Origin: the human T2T-CHM13v2.0 reference genome, Homo sapiens
Reading direction: 5' to 3' (one strand)
Length of the DNA: 64,000 bases
NCBI RefSeq assembly: GCF_009914755.1
Contig: NC_060937.1
Positions within the stretch are counted from its first letter, which is position 1. The number at the start of each line of letters is the position of its first letter. Positions 31,201 through 43,795 of this stretch are shown here, one piece after another. The notes beneath the pieces are model-generated. The model was not told where the DNA came from, ran no database searches, and saw only the letters and a program-made list of their open reading frames with translations. Position numbers and translations under genes: made by a program.

Positions 31201-31741
31201 ATTTCCTGATTCTTCATATTTTTCCAAATTCTCTACAAAGCACATGCCTCATCTTTAAGCTCAGAAAGAACATAAAGCTAACATAATCATCATAATAAGA
31301 AAAAAACAAAAGATAAAAAGGAATTGTTCTCATCCATTTTCTTTCATAGTTCTGAGGCCTTATGTTCATGAGAAGAAAGGTAACAGGAAAACGATATTTT
31401 TATTTATACTGTATTGATTTTGGAAAGGCCACAACACAGTGGAAAGAGAAATTAAGAGATGGTGGCATAAATTCTTGAAGACGGAGCCTTATTTTCTTCC
31501 TCTATTACTTGACTTTCACATTTTAATCCATGTTAAAGGACCTGTTTTATATTCTCGTGTTTTATCTAAATCTTTTCTGGCAGTCAGCAGAAATATATGC
31601 ATATTCTATACTCACAATAATAAACTATATCAGATACAGGATGAGAAATGTATCTCTTAAAGATCTCCATATGAGTTAATATTACACCTTCTCTAGATAA
31701 ATTTATCTATCAGGAAATTAGTTTAAATTTAATTTAGAGAA

Positions 31742-31950
31742 GCCACATGATATAGTGAAAGGAGCCCAAAGCTTGAAGTTGGAACACCTGTATTTGGAGA
31801 TGGATCCACCAGATTTATGATTGGCACAATTCACTCAGTCCCTTGGCTCACAAATCTGTCATGTGTGGAGCTGAGATGACATCATCTTCACAGCATTACT
31901 GCGATGATATGAGATAATACATGTGGAAGTGACTGCGACGTTGTGAAGTC
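31742..31950 (+). mobile_element. MIR fragment
   Basis: …CATGATATAGTGAAAGGAGCCC…GAGATAATACATGTGGAAGTG MIR-like head and core. Confidence 0.55.
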
Positions 31951-32754
31951 ACTGTTTAACCCTTTCATACCAAAAGAAGGAAAAAGTCTTTGATAGGGCC
32001 TCTTCATGCTATTAACATGCTGTATTTATCCAAATGAAAATAATAATAATAAAAGTATATTTAATAGATCTGGTGACCCAGTCTGGACAAAGTTCATTGC
32101 CTGGGCACATTTCCTTGAGTGCAGCTCAAAAATTTACCAGCATTAACATGATGTGATTTTTTTCCAGGTTAAAAAAATATATATATATGATTCAATAACT
32201 AAAGCTGATAGTTTACAAAACAGAAAGCAGCTACTCTAATAATAAATGGAATATTGCCACTTATAAGCGCAGCATTTCCCTAGGTAACAGAAATATTTTC
32301 TCTTAAGATGGCTTATTGGGGTCAACAGATTAGAACTTATATGTACTTCGAAATCAAATGGTATAGTTTTCTTTTTGTTTTCAAACTTAGTAAAGATCTC
32401 TTTTAAAGGAAAAAGATCTCACTGACTGCCAATGTTGACAACTTATTTTTACAACAATATTAATATATGCCACTAGGTATAATCTGCCTGCCCTATCCTC
32501 ATGGTCCTTTTACAACAACTACAAAACTAAAAATTAATTTATACATTAAAAGCAATAAAAATCTTTAAAGTAGTGTAAAAATCAATAACATTGATGTGAA
32601 TAAACACATTATTTCACTGAAAGTAAGTTATAATTCTCAATGTGAATATGATAGTATACATGCACACGTAAAGTTTGACATGTCTATACATATAATTTTC
32701 TCAACATTTTTGTCTATTCCAACTTTTGTAAAATCAGTGGTATGATACATGTTT

Positions 32755-33166
32755 AAGTTATATATTTAGTGCACATAGGGGGAACATAAGAGCGATGCCT
32801 GAGTTACATGTTTAGTGCACACAGGAAACACATGCACACGTACATCTGAGTTATACATGCAGTGCACATATAAAACATGTACACACACTTGAGTTACATA
32901 AATAGTGCACATATGCAAGCAATGCAGGCACACACCGGAGTTATACATGTAGTGCACATACAGGCTCACACATAAGTTACATACACAGCACACACAGGAA
33001 ACACAGACACACATCAGAGTTACATACATAATCCATGGAAAACATACAGACACACACCTGAGTTATACATGTGGTGCACATATGGAGCACAAATAGGCAC
33101 ATGCCTGAGTTATTTAGGTAGAGTACATATGGGGGACACACAAGCAACGCCTCGGTTACATATGGA
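32755..33166. repeat. Degenerate minisatellite, ~9-10 units of ~36-47 bp (GAGTTA(C/T)A…AGTGCACA…ACACACCT)
   Basis: Recurrent GAGTTA anchor and GTGCACA core visible in successive units. Confidence 0.85.
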
Positions 33167-34719
33167 GGACAAATCTAGCCTTTTCCCATTAACTCAAGAT
33201 AAATAAATAGCACTGCCTCCGTCTAATCAGATTATTAATTCATCAAAAGTGTGCTACAAAAATTGCATGATTAAACTGCATTAGGAGGCCCAGATAACCC
33301 AGACATGCATAGATTACTTTTTTAGGGCTATAATCAAAGTATAATTACAAAATTGATTATTTTCTTGGAGAACACACAGGCACAGGGAAAATGTTCATAT
33401 ACTCTTGTTTGAGAAACTCTGCTATTGATAACATGACCTATGTCCAAACATTTTAAAAAGTTTTTTATAAAACAGAATCCTAGAATTCCTGATTTGAATA
33501 GAACTTGTGGGGCACCAGAGTTCAGCCGGATCTGACTTATTGATTTATGTTGCTAACTCAGTGCAACAGCATCCGCAACAGCCTCTAAGGGTTGGGAGCT
33601 CTGGCATTTAATTTAATCTAGTCCCCATCATTGCCCTTCATCTTCTCCTCATTGCTGCTGCTTCTCCTCTCTTTTCCACCTTCGTGCCCTGTCCTTGCTG
33701 TTCTTAAGTACCACGCACATTTGAGGACAGACAAAACAGACATACCATGAAACAGATTTGTTTTCAGTCTGAAAGCCCACAAAACAGCACCTCTGTGGAA
33801 GAAAAGCCATAGTTACAGTTGGTTGTGTGGCTGGAAATTCTGAATTCCCCTGGAAACATTTAAGACTAGGCCCTTTTCCGCTATCAATTACAGAACAAAT
33901 AGACCCCCAGGTCTGCTCACCTGCACAATCCACACAGAAAGTAATGGGTATTCCACATATAATGGGTAAATGATTTGACATTTTGCTATTACATATATAG
34001 TTATGGTCTGCATAAGGACAGTTGAAAGATAAGTAGACACCTAAGAAGCTGATTTATTGAATTCAGCAATTCATTAAATTTAACAAATATTTATAGAGTG
34101 CTTATTTTCTGGAAAATACTGAACAATTTTTATTTTTCTCTTTACAGCAATTGTGAAATGCAAGAACCAGATACCTAGGCTCCAACTTAAATATCCATCT
34201 CCTTTATTTAAAACATATATTGGCTATCTATCATGAAGTACCAGGTGTTCTGTTGGGGTCAGTGAGATATTAGAGGCCAAAAAAAATGTTTCTGGGTTAA
34301 AAGACTAGAACACATGTTATGAATAACATAAAAATTTAGACTGGGAAAAAAACAATTTCAACAGATAATGACAGAGAGAGACAACAAAGACAAGTAAGGT
34401 GAAAGCAATATAGCATTGTGACTAAGAACAAAAATATGAACAAGTGGAAAGATCTGAGTTTGAGTTTCAGGTTATTTCAATTATCTGTGTGACCTTGGGA
34501 TATTATTTAACCTCTCCAAGCTGTAATTTCCTCTTATGTGCCAGCAGGCTAAATAGAAGTACCTAACACATTCTTTCTTCTTGTTTTTGTTTTGAGAATT
34601 AAATGAGATAAAGCACAGTATCTGGCAGAGGGCTAGTGCTAAGTAAAGGCTATGTATTTTTATTATAATTACTACTTTTAATATATTGGTGCCAGAAATA
34701 GCATAAGAAAATGAACAGA

Positions 34720-35182
<463 letters not shown>

Positions 35183-35682
35183 TTACTCTGGAAACTGTGA
35201 GAATGCTCATTTGGTTAAAAGACTAGATCATAGAAGAAAAGTAGAGGTTGATAGGTTTGAAAAGTTGGTTTTCGTCAAATTGAAAAACAGGCTGAGATAT
35301 AGGGTTTAATTGGTAGATAGTAAAGAAATCATTGAAACATTTTGAACAGAGCAGTGATAAAATCAGAGGTGCACTTTAGGAAAATAACTAAGGATGGCAG
35401 GATAAGGTGGAGAGAGGAAAAATCAGAGCATTTTATGAAAAGAATTCCACTTAACCAATTAAGAATTAAGAAGTAAAATGGGAATTAGAGTGTTGATATG
35501 AAAAAGAAGAACTAAACTTGAAAGAGGTATTATGGAGGTAGAATCCCTTACAACATTTAGGAGCACCTTTAAGTTCAAAGAGTTTGAATAAAATAGGTCT
35601 CATAGGAAGAGTAAAGGTCATGCCATAAGCCCAATCAGTGCTATAACAATGACCCTTAATATCTACTCAGTGCCAGACACAT

Positions 35683-36094
35683 TGTATTACCACACTTTGC
35701 ATTACTATAGTGGAATACCTGAGACTGGGTAATGTATAACCAAGAGTTTTATTTGGCTCATGGTTCTGCAGGTTATGCAAGCATGGCACCAGCATCTGCT
35801 TGGCTTCTGGTGAGGCCTCAGGAAGCTTACAATCATGGTTGAAGGCATAGGAGGAGCCCACAGATCACATGGCAAGAGGGAGCAAGAGAGCAGGGAGGAG
35901 GTGCCAGGCTCTTTTAAACAACCAGCTCTTGAGTGAACTAATAGAGTGAGAACTCACTCAACACCAAAAAGATGGTACCAAGCCATTCATGAGGAATCTG
36001 CTCCTATGACTCAAACACCTCCCACTAGACACCTCCAACTTTGGAGGTCACATTTCAACGAGATGTTGAGGGGACACACATCCAAAACATATCA
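35683..36094 (-). mobile_element. MST-type MaLR solo LTR
   Basis: TGTATTA…ATACCTGAGACTGGGTAAT…GGCTCATGGTTCTGCAGG…CATCCAAAACATATCA (antisense MSTA/B). Confidence 0.85.
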
Positions 36095-36369
36095 CATGTT
36101 ATGTGTCATTTTTAGATTCCTTTTAAGGCTGGTCATCCAATGGATTTCACATCCTCACACAACCCAAACAAAAAACAGAAAAAAAGAAACTTCCTCTAGT
36201 TGTTTCCAGCAACCTTCCCTCATACCTCCCTGGCTTGAATTGGTTACATTTCCATTCCTGAACTAATAACTGTGATCAGGGGATTGACATACGCTTTAGG
36301 ACATAAGTTTTGTTTACCTGAATCAATTTTTGTGTTTATAATAATGAAACTATATTAATGTGGTTAGAA

Positions 36370-36582
36370 CAGTGATTCTCAGTCTGAGGCAATTTTGTCC
36401 AGCAGGGGACATCTGGTAATGTCTGGAAAATTTTTGATTGTCACAACTGCAACAGTGTTACTGGCCTCTAGTTGGTAGAGTCCGGGGATATTGTTAAGGA
36501 TCCTACAATGCCCAGAACAGCCCCCTACAACACAGAAGTATTGGACCCAAAATTTCAATAGTGTTCAGAGTGAGAATGTTGG
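36370..36582 (+). mobile_element. MER20 (hAT-Charlie)
   Basis: CAGTGATTCTCA…GGGGACATCTGGTAATGTCTGGA…TTGTCACAACTG…CCTACAATGCCCAGAACAGCCCCC. Confidence 0.85.
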
Positions 36583-37324
36583 CTTTGAACAATTAGGGGT
36601 CATCCTTGGATCTGGGTGTGAGATCAGCTCCAAATCCCACCTTACATTAATAGATAAGGATAAAACCAATGTTAGGAAGACAACGAAAAGTCAATTAAAT
36701 TAATATACTCAACAAAAATTAATTGAGTTGGGGTGTGGGGACATTGCAAGAATGCTGCAGTGAAAGGCTTCCAAATATCTGCTCCTCCACAATGGCAATG
36801 AAAACACTAAATCAACATTTTAAGAACTCTGTCAACTAACCAACAGAGAAATTCAAAGATTCTTTATTAAAGAAAAAACAGCTGAATCTCAATGAGAACA
36901 GTGACCTTTCTGGTGTTTTAACTTGCCCTACTCCCATCCTCTCTTCTCAGCTCCACAATAGCTTTGAAAACCAACAGCTTGGTAAATATGATAGCAGTGA
37001 CAAGCATAGCCATAAAAAAAACAGCAGCCTACCAACCAAAGGAGAGGGAAAAACAGTTTTGAAGCTCCTCAAAAGTGCCCTTACCAGTTGTTATTATTTG
37101 ATCTGGCTGGTAGTTTCCTGGAAACCTCTACTAGTAGGGCTTGTCTTTACTTGACCGGACTCAGAGATAACTCCTTGTAAACAACCTTTCCCCAGGACAT
37201 CGGTCAAAAACCATCCATGGTAATTGCTTAATATCAGCTACCTGAGGCATCTATAAAATTTGGGCAAACAAGAAGCTGACCAAAACCTTACATGGAAAAT
37301 GTGGTGAATGAATTGTCCATAGGG

Positions 37325-39410
37325 TCTGTGTGCTTGGGCTGCCACAACAAAATACCAGAGACTGATCATTTGAACAACATAAATTTATTTTCTCACAGTC
37401 CTGGAGGCTAGAATGGTCCAGCATGGTGAAGTTTTTGTAAAGCCTCTTTTTCAGGCTTCTTTCTCACTGTGAGCTCCTTTGGTTAACATGCAGAGACAGA
37501 GCAACATCTCTGGTATCTCTTCTTTTAAGGGCACTAATCCCATCATGAGTTCCCATTCACATGATCTCATCTAACCTTATTTATCCACCCGAAAGCCTCA
37601 TCTCTGAATATCATCATATTAACATATAACTTTGAGTGGCACACATATATTCAGTTCATACATTCTGCCCTGGACCCCCAAGATGTCCTTCTCACATGCA
37701 AAATACATTAATTTTATCCCAAAAGCCTCAAAAGTCTTAACAGATTCCAGCATCAATTCTAAAGTACAAAGTCTCATTTAAATAGTATCTAAATCAAATA
37801 TAAGTAAGCCTTATCCCCAAAATCAAAATTATTCTCCAGCTGTAAACCTGTAAAACCATACAAGTTATGTGCTTCCAAATTACAACAGATAGTGGAATAG
37901 GCATGAGATAGCCATTCCCATTCCAAAAGGAAAAATTAAGAAAGAAGGAAGGAGAGACAGGCCACAAGAATGTCTAAAACCAACCAAGGCAAATTCCATT
38001 AGCTCTTAAGTCTCAAGATATCTCTTTTTCATTTAATGCCATTTATTCTAGACCTACAGGGATAGTGGATCCTGCCTCCAGGCTTTTACACAGCCCTGTC
38101 TCCAAGGCCCCACCCCCAGGCTTTAGTCAGAGGCCATATGGCCTATTGAAACTGAGGCAATGGTCCCACCCTTTGCCACAAAGGACACTGACCTGATGAT
38201 CTCTGAATTGCCTTTGGGGTCACTACTTCATTTTCTTGAAAAGCACAAAGTTAGAGCCAAATAGCTCTCTGGTCTGGTCTTGCAAGATCTAAAAGTCTGG
38301 CAGCCTTTATTTCATCTCATTTGTTTCTGACCCCTTAGTTCAAATTGACAGTGTTTTTGCTTGTATAATTGATCTCTATTCCTGGCCTCTTCTGAGATGG
38401 CTGATTCAGTCCATGAGTCATTACCACGATCTCTTTATCAAATAATTGTTCAACCACACCCTTCCTGTTGTCTTCACCACAGGCTTTTTTATTTATTTGC
38501 AATAGAGATAGGCTGAAAACTTTCCAAATCTTCAACTCTGGTTCCTTTATGCTTAACAATTTCTTCTTCAACTTCTCTCTCTCCTTTCACATTTTACCAT
38601 AAACAGGAGGAACCAAGCCACTCCTTCAACACTTTGATTAGGTATCTCCTTAGCTAATTATCTAATTTTATCACTTGCAAAATCCAAAGTCTTATCTAAA
38701 TATTATCTAAGTTTGTTTGTCAAAAATATCAATTTCACAAAACACTAGAACATGGTTAATCCAAGTGCTATGTCACTTTATAAAAGGATCACCTTTCTTC
38801 CATTTTCCAGTAATGTTTTTCCTCATTTTCATCTGGGAACTCAACAGAATGGCCTTTAACATCCATATTGATATCAACATTCTCTTCACGATTATTTATT
38901 ATATTATTATATCTCTAGAAAGATAGATAATTCCCCTTAGCTATTCTCTTTTCTTTCTGCGCCCTCACTCCAACTGCCTTAAATACTTCACTGCAATTTT
39001 GGCTTTTTCTAGCATACACCTCAAAACTTTTCCATCCCCTATCCATTGCCCACTTCTAAAGCCACTTACGCATGTTTAGGTATTTGTTGCATCAGCACCC
39101 CACTTCCTGGTACCAAAATTAGTGTGAGTCTTCTTGGGCTTCCATAATAAATTACCATAGACTAGGTGGTTTAAGCAACAGAAACTTATTTTCTCACAGT
39201 CCTGGAGGGCAGAATTATGAGACAAGCATGCCAGCAGCACACTTTGCCAGGTTCTGGTGGGAGCTCTCCTTCTCTCTGTGCTCTGCCATGGCCTTTCTTT
39301 GGAGCATGCGTGTGGAATGAGAAGCAAGCTCTCTGGTGTCTTCTTTTGGGGGCACTCATCTCATCATGAGGGATCCAGTCACATGATCTCATCTAACTGT
39401 AATTACAACA
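37325..39410 (-). mobile_element. MLT1A-type MaLR proviral structure: LTR (~37325-37661), internal region (~37662-39120), truncated LTR (~39121-39410)
   Basis: Two homologous LTRs (CTTGGGCT.CCA.AA.AAA.TACCA.AGACT…TTATTTTCTCACAGTCCTGGAGG…CACATGATCTCATCTAAC) flank MaLR-int sequence ending ACCCCACTTCCTGGTACCAAAATT. Confidence 0.85.
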
Positions 39411-40293
39411 TAGACATTTTGAGAACACAATAAGGACTTTGAAAAGCTCCAACATGTTTCTGAGAATCTAGAAGGCAACACACATGTGCAGGAAGTTGAG
39501 ACACCTGAAAAGGTCCTAATTTTTTAACTTTTGCTGACCTTGAGTATCTGAGCAAGCAGGACATTAATGGTAACAGAGTTTTCAACTGCCTACCAGTAAA
39601 TTGAAGGCATGCACCTAACACACATGGAACTATTCAGGAAAGACTGGGAGAGTTGCTGGTTCAAGATACTAAGGAAATGCATGTCTAGTCATTAGCTGAC
39701 AATTATGTTAACCAGTTACTACACATGAGAAACTATAGAGTTCTTACAGGAAAGTCATGAAACAAAGAACAACAATAACAAACAGGAACAATAGCAAACT
39801 GTGAAGAATGGGATCTGGTTTCCAGAGTTGCTACATCATATTATCTAAAATATTCAGTTTCAAAAAAATCATGATACATGTAAACAAACAGGGGAATATG
39901 GCCCCAAAACAAGGGGATAAAATCAGTCATGAATTTTTTTTATTATAATTTTTGTCCCTGAAAAAGTCCATGAATTAGAATTCCTAGTCAAAAATTTGAA
40001 ATAACTTTAAATTATAATTTAAAGCCATTACAATTATTTTCAAAGACCAAAAGTAAACCATGAATACACATTTAAAGAAAAACATGAGAATGATATATCA
40101 GCAAATAGATAACATCAACTTAACATATAAATTATTTAAAAAATCGAAATTCTAGAGCTCTAAGATACAATAACTGAAATAAAAAATTTGCTAGGGAGAC
40201 TTTTTCTATGTTACAAAATTAGCCAACTTTTATTGAGAGCTTAAAACATATTAAAATACATATTAAATACATATTAAAATGTATTGTAAATGC

Positions 40294-40504
40294 TTTATTT
40301 TTCTCTTTTTTTAATTTAATTTTAATTTCTGGGATACATGTACAGGACGTGCAGGTTTGTTACACAGGTAAATGTGTGCCATGGTGGTCTGCTGCACATA
40401 TCAACCCGTCACCTAGGTATTAAGCCCCACATGCATTAGCTATTTATCCCGATACTCTCCCTCCCACTGCCCCCCCTGACAGGCCCCATTGTGTGTTGTT
40501 CCCC
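40294..40504 (-). mobile_element. L1PA (about PA8-PA10) 3'UTR fragment
   Basis: Antisense L1 3' end (GGGATACATGTACAGGACGTGCAGGTTTGTTACAC…CATGCATTAGCTATTTATCC…). The 14-bp TSD TGCTAGGGAGACTT at 40189-40202 and 40505-40518 encloses extra sequence. Confidence 0.9.
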
Positions 40505-41652
40505 TGCTAGGGAGACTTAATTGGAAATTTTACTTGGCAGAATAAATAATCAGTGAACTTGAAGACAGGTCAATTGAGACTATCTAGTCTGTGGAATATA
40601 AAGAAAAAATAATGAAGAAAAATGAACAAAGTCTCCAATGTCCCTGTGATGCTATCAAGTGTACCAACATCCACATAATGAAAACTTTAGAAGAAGAAGT
40701 AAAAGAGAAAAAGTAGAAAAAATATTTGAGGAAACAGTAACCAAATTTTCAAAATTTCATTTGAAAATCATTAAACTATACATATTAAAAGAAACTCAGA
40801 ATGTATGTAAGATCAACTAAAATTATCCATGCCCAGACATATCATAATCGAATTGTTGTCAACAGTAAAAGATAAAGAGAGAATCTTGAACACAGTAATA
40901 GAGAAGTGGCTCATCACATACAGGGGTCCTTGATAAGAGGAACAATTGATTTCTTATCAGAAACTATGGTTTCCAGAAGGCAACGGGATGACATACTCCA
41001 AGTACTGAAAGAAAAATACTGTCAAATAAGAATTCTATAATTTTCAGAACTATTCTTCAAAAATGAAAAAAAAAGTTAAGACATTGCCATATAAACAAAT
41101 GGAAATAATTTGTCACTTATAAATCTACTCTATAAGAAATGCTAAACGGAGTTGTTCAGTCTGAAAATAAAGGACAATAGACAATAAATAGAATCCACAT
41201 GAAGAAATATTAACAGCACCAGTAGACGTAACAATATAAATAAGCATAAAAAATAGTATGAATACACCCTTGGTTTGTAATTTTTTCCCTGTTTATTTAA
41301 AAGGTAACTATACAAATCAACAACTATAAAATGGTGCTGATGGACTTATAATCTGTAAATATTTATTCTTATATAAGAGCACAAAGAAAGGGGGAAAAGT
41401 AGAGCTATGTAGCAGCAAAATTTTATATACCACTGACATTAAATTGGTATTGATCCAAACTAAATTGTTAAGATACTAGTTATAATCCTCAGAGCAACCA
41501 TTAAGAAAAGAATGTAAAAATACAATTAAAGAAATATTAATATTAATGGAATTAAAATGTTATACTAGAAAACATCTATTTAGCATAAAAGAAGAAAATA
41601 ATGGAAAAAGAGAGAAACAAACAAACAAAAAAAGACATATAGAACACATGTG

Positions 41653-41843
41653 CCTGGACAACATGGTGAAACCCCATCTGTACAAAAAATACAAAAATTA
41701 GTTGAGCATGGTGGCCAATTGGAGGCTGAGGCTGGTGGATCACTTAAGCCCAGGAAGCAGAGGTTGCAGTGAGCCAAGATCACACCACTGCATACAAGCC
41801 TGGGTGACGCAGTGAGACCCAGTCTCAAAAAAAAAAAAAAAAA
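41653..41843 (+). mobile_element. 5'-truncated AluJ-like element with an internal deletion
   Basis: Alu linker and right arm with poly-A; the CCTGTAGTCCCAGCTAC segment is missing. Confidence 0.85.
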
Positions 41844-42571
41844 ACTCAAATCAAAACAACAGTAAAAAAAACCCACATGTGGCAAAATGGCAGATGTAAA
41901 GCTTACTTTATCAGTAATTATACTAACACAGAACATTACATTTGGATAATGATTTTTCTGATTAAATTTGTTGTAGACAGACAGAAAACAGAATTAGATC
42001 AGTATTGAGATTACAAAGTGGCATTAGCAACAAGCAAGGAATTGAATCCACAAATGTCTCTTTGGAGAGAGGAAGCAGGATGTATGTGTCACCTCTTAAT
42101 AGATTCATCAGGATAAACTAAACAGCATGTTCAAAAAGTTTATAGGATTGGCAAATAATGTTTTGGTAAAGTCATTAGAAACCATACAATAGCTATTATG
42201 ATGATAATTTACAGCCGTGACAATCGTCTAGACAAGAGAATTAAGACATTACTGGTTCCAATTTTAATTTGAAACAAAGCTAACCGTATCATATTAAGTG
42301 CCCTAGTCTTGTGGCCTCCAGCCACTGGGTGAAAATGTTAAATTCATTTGCTATTTTTCCCAGAAGAGCTGACAGAAGTAGGCAGGGGTAGGAGAAATGA
42401 ATGAGTCAATTGTAAAGAAATTTGGATTCAAGCAAAAAAGCCTCAGGAAAGAAAAAAATATCCTTCCTGCTGCAGCAATGTTATCCAAACAGTGGGGTTC
42501 TCAGTTTGCCTAGTACTGAAGGACATCTGATAAACAGCCTCTGGTAAAGAAAAAGGTAGTGGTTTATCTTT

Positions 42572-42940
42572 TTAAAATTTTTATTTTATTTTTCATTGAC
42601 CAATAATAATTGTATTTATTTATAGCATACAAGGTGATGTTTTGATATATGTTCACAATGTTGAATGATTAAATCAGACTAATTAACAAATTCATCACCT
42701 CACATATAATTTTTTGTGGCAAAAACATGTCAAATCTACCCTTTTAGCAATTTTGAAATATGTAATGCATTCGTATTTATTATAATCACCATTTTGTGTG
42801 AAAGATCACTAAAGGTTACTATTCCTGTCTACCAGAAACTTTGTACCGTTTGATCAACATCTACCCCCTTTCCATCCATCCCCCTTTGTCAGGCCCTTTT
42901 CAGAGATAAATCACTGGTGGAGACTAGAATGACTGTTACC
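42572..42940 (-). mobile_element. L1MA 3'UTR fragment with 14-bp TSD and an inverted 5' piece
   Basis: TSD AGTGGTTTATCTTT at 42558-42571 and 42941-42954; antisense L1MA 3' end at 42572-42890. Confidence 0.82.
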
Positions 42941-43609
42941 AGTGGTTTATCTTTGAAGAGTCCACACCTGAGTCCAGATTTTGTTTTTTTGTTTTTTTTT
43001 TTTTTCTGCTCTTACAATGTAAACTTAAAGCAAGATGGACTCTAGTGGTCTCAATGATAAGGAGAGAAAATAGAAAGGAAAGACCTATTTCTGTGAGTAG
43101 TATCTGCTAGGATGGGTTCTCAGGACACAGTTATAGACATTCCATTGTAAGAACAGGTATTCATTTACATTTGATGAATGTACAAATCAACCACATTTAG
43201 TTTTCCTATTGAGGTTTTATCGTACTCTCTCCAAGCCAATGACTTCTTCACATTTCTCCTTTTGGCCCTTCTAAAGTGGATATCAAGTCAAAGTATGAGG
43301 TAGTGCATTTCAGAATCATGAGTAGGAATCAATTTCAAGACCCAGAGCCTAACCCCTTTACCAGCACCAAGTACTACTGCCCTAGACCCAGGGGTACACT
43401 GGAAGGTATCCTGGCCTGGAAAGTACAAATTGAGCTCTAGGTGGGGCTCTTGCTTTTCCTGAGACCTTGGCCAAGTCACTCAACTTTCCTGACTCTCTCA
43501 GTTTCTTTACCTAAAAAAGGAGGAAGATGAACTGGTTGAGCTCTCTTGCATCTTTAGAATTTGGCGGTTTTAGATGCCCCTATCATATAAAATAAATCTC
43601 TCAATTCCT

Positions 43610-43795
43610 TTAAAATAAATATATTTATGCATAAATAATTATATATTTATACATAATAAAGCCATAAATACAAATATCAATATATTTACACATATATAGA
43701 TACATATTGATATCTTTTATATGTAATTATATATACATACGTAGCATAACACACGTATAGATATACATATGCTATATAAACAAAATATATTATGA
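43610..43795. repeat. AT-rich (TA)n-like low-complexity tract
   Basis: Visible directly. Confidence 0.75.

Larger units (their letters stand above)
36740..41930 (+). mobile_element. Old L1M 5'UTR/ORF1/inter-ORF region, interrupted by a MaLR, an L1PA fragment and an Alu
   Basis: Degenerate ORF1 motifs at ~40050-41200 (…GATTTCTTATCAGAAACTATGG…CCAGAAGGCAACGGGATGACATA…AGAATTCTATA). Boundaries are approximate. Confidence 0.65.

Noticed and set aside
32755-33166. CRISPR-like repeat-spacer array
   Set aside because: Human intronic context, degenerate repeats, mutually similar 'spacers' and no cas genes; it is a minisatellite.
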